A stretch of 62,741 nt of DNA, counting the filler, from Porpidia crustulata (lineage: Eukaryota): NCBI GenBank assembly GCA_964255105.1. It is 4 parts of 4 records of this genome, joined end to end, with 100 filler letters (N's around TTAATTAATTAA, not from the genome) between each part and the next. Parts side by side here need not be neighbours in the genome. Positions count along the whole stretch, not along the records: positions 47,173 to 62,741 come from CAXUWE010000295.1; 3 more parts are not named here. One strand, 5' to 3'. This document shows, piece after piece, positions 61,626-62,741 of the stretch. Every line of letters begins with the position of its first letter. Position 1 is the stretch's first letter. A program made the position numbers and the translations under genes. A model generated the notes under the pieces. It worked only from the letters and a program-made list of their open reading frames with translations. It had not been told where the DNA came from and did no database searches.

Positions 61626-62741
61626 ATGGCTCCTGGAAAGGTCCCCCAGCCTGGGCCTGCAAAGCTCACCAAGAATTCCGGCCCAGACGAATGGCTAAAA
61701 TGCGCTCTAAACAATCAATACTTGCCAGAAGAAATAATCAAGAAGCTATGTGAGATGTGCAAGGAGCTTCTGATGGAAGGTGAGCGCAAATTGCTGGCAC
61801 ATCTCATCAATCTCGAGCTCATTTCAATCTGTCAGAATCCAACATCCAACCCGTATCAACCCCCGTCACAGTCTGTGGTGACCTCCACGGGCAATTCTAT
61901 GATGTCCTCGAACTCTTCCGTGTTGCCGGCGGCATTCCCTCTGACGAGAAAACCGAACCTTCTCCAGCGCCAACCAACATCATAACCTCCGCCGACATTG
62001 AACCTCCATCTGAGATCACAGACCCTAAGCTCAAAAAGAGGCTGAAAAAGCGGTCTTCACAGGACAGAAGCGACAGCACAGCCAGTAACATTATGAGCGA
62101 CGAAGACATTGACGAGGAGGAAGAGCAACGAGGCCGTAAGATGAACAGTGGGAACGGAGCCAGTCTCGGCGTAGACAAGGAAGGCAACACCGGCATCCCT
62201 GGCAATCAAAACTACATCTTCCTCGGTGACTTTGTCGACCGCGGCTACTTCAGTCTCGAAACCCTCACCCTTTTACTTTGTCTGAAAGTTCGCTACGCCG
62301 ACCGCATCACCCTCGTCCGCGGCAACCACGAGTCCCGCCAAATCACCCAAGTCTACGGCTTCTATGAAGAATGCCAGCAGAAATACGGCAACGCTTCCGT
62401 CTGGAAATGCTGCTGCCAGGTCTTCGACTTCCTCGTCCTCGGCGCCGTGATCGACGGCAAAGTTCTATGTGTCCACGGTGGCTTGAGCCCCGAGATACGG
62501 ACGCTCGATCAGATCCGCGTAATTGCTCGCGCCCAAGAAATCCCGCACGAAGGCGCGTTCTGCGATCTCGTATGGAGCGATCCCGAAGATGTCGGGACAT
62601 GGGCCATCTCGCCCCGCGGTGCAGGATGGCTCTTCGGTAACAAAGTCGCGTCGGAATTCAACCACGTCAACGGCTTCCAGCTCATCGCCCGTGCCCATCA
62701 GCTCGTCAACGAAGGCTACAAGGTTCGGTTCCCCCCTACCC
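61626..62741 (+). CDS. SIT4: PP2A-like (PP6) Ser/Thr phosphatase catalytic subunit, runs off window end
   Basis: [78 protein letters not shown]. Confidence 0.92.

Overview
Gene-dense nuclear DNA from a filamentous ascomycete (Pezizomycotina). Evidence: short GT-AG introns with CTRAC/CTAAT branch points and fungal housekeeping genes. Four contigs are joined by artificial 100-bp N/TTAATTAATTAA/N spacers. About 24 protein-coding genes are supportable: WDR62/MAPKBP1-like WD40, RRG9, ADI1, ATP5, MOB1, RGP1, partial BUD32, an atypical P450, a DsbA-like protein, a GPI-type secreted protein, a Pom1-like DYRK kinase, a golgin-like coiled-coil protein, a PTH11-like GPCR, HMG-CoA lyase, GatF, DPH1, a bromodomain protein, a large WD40/TPR-like protein, UPF3, SIT4 and small hypotheticals. 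Most notable signals: (1) a family of ~110-bp TA-flanked palindromic MITE-like elements in promoters, carrying the telomeric motif AGGGTTAGGG at a fixed offset from the terminal repeat; (2) a ~2.6-kb island bounded by diverged direct repeats that holds a decayed SNF2-ATPase gene and shows CpC->TpC hypermutation rather than classical CpA RIP; (3) an intact, solitary Ty1/copia gag ORF with no pol or LTRs, a candidate domesticated gene. All family calls come from motif recognition by eye, not database searches.
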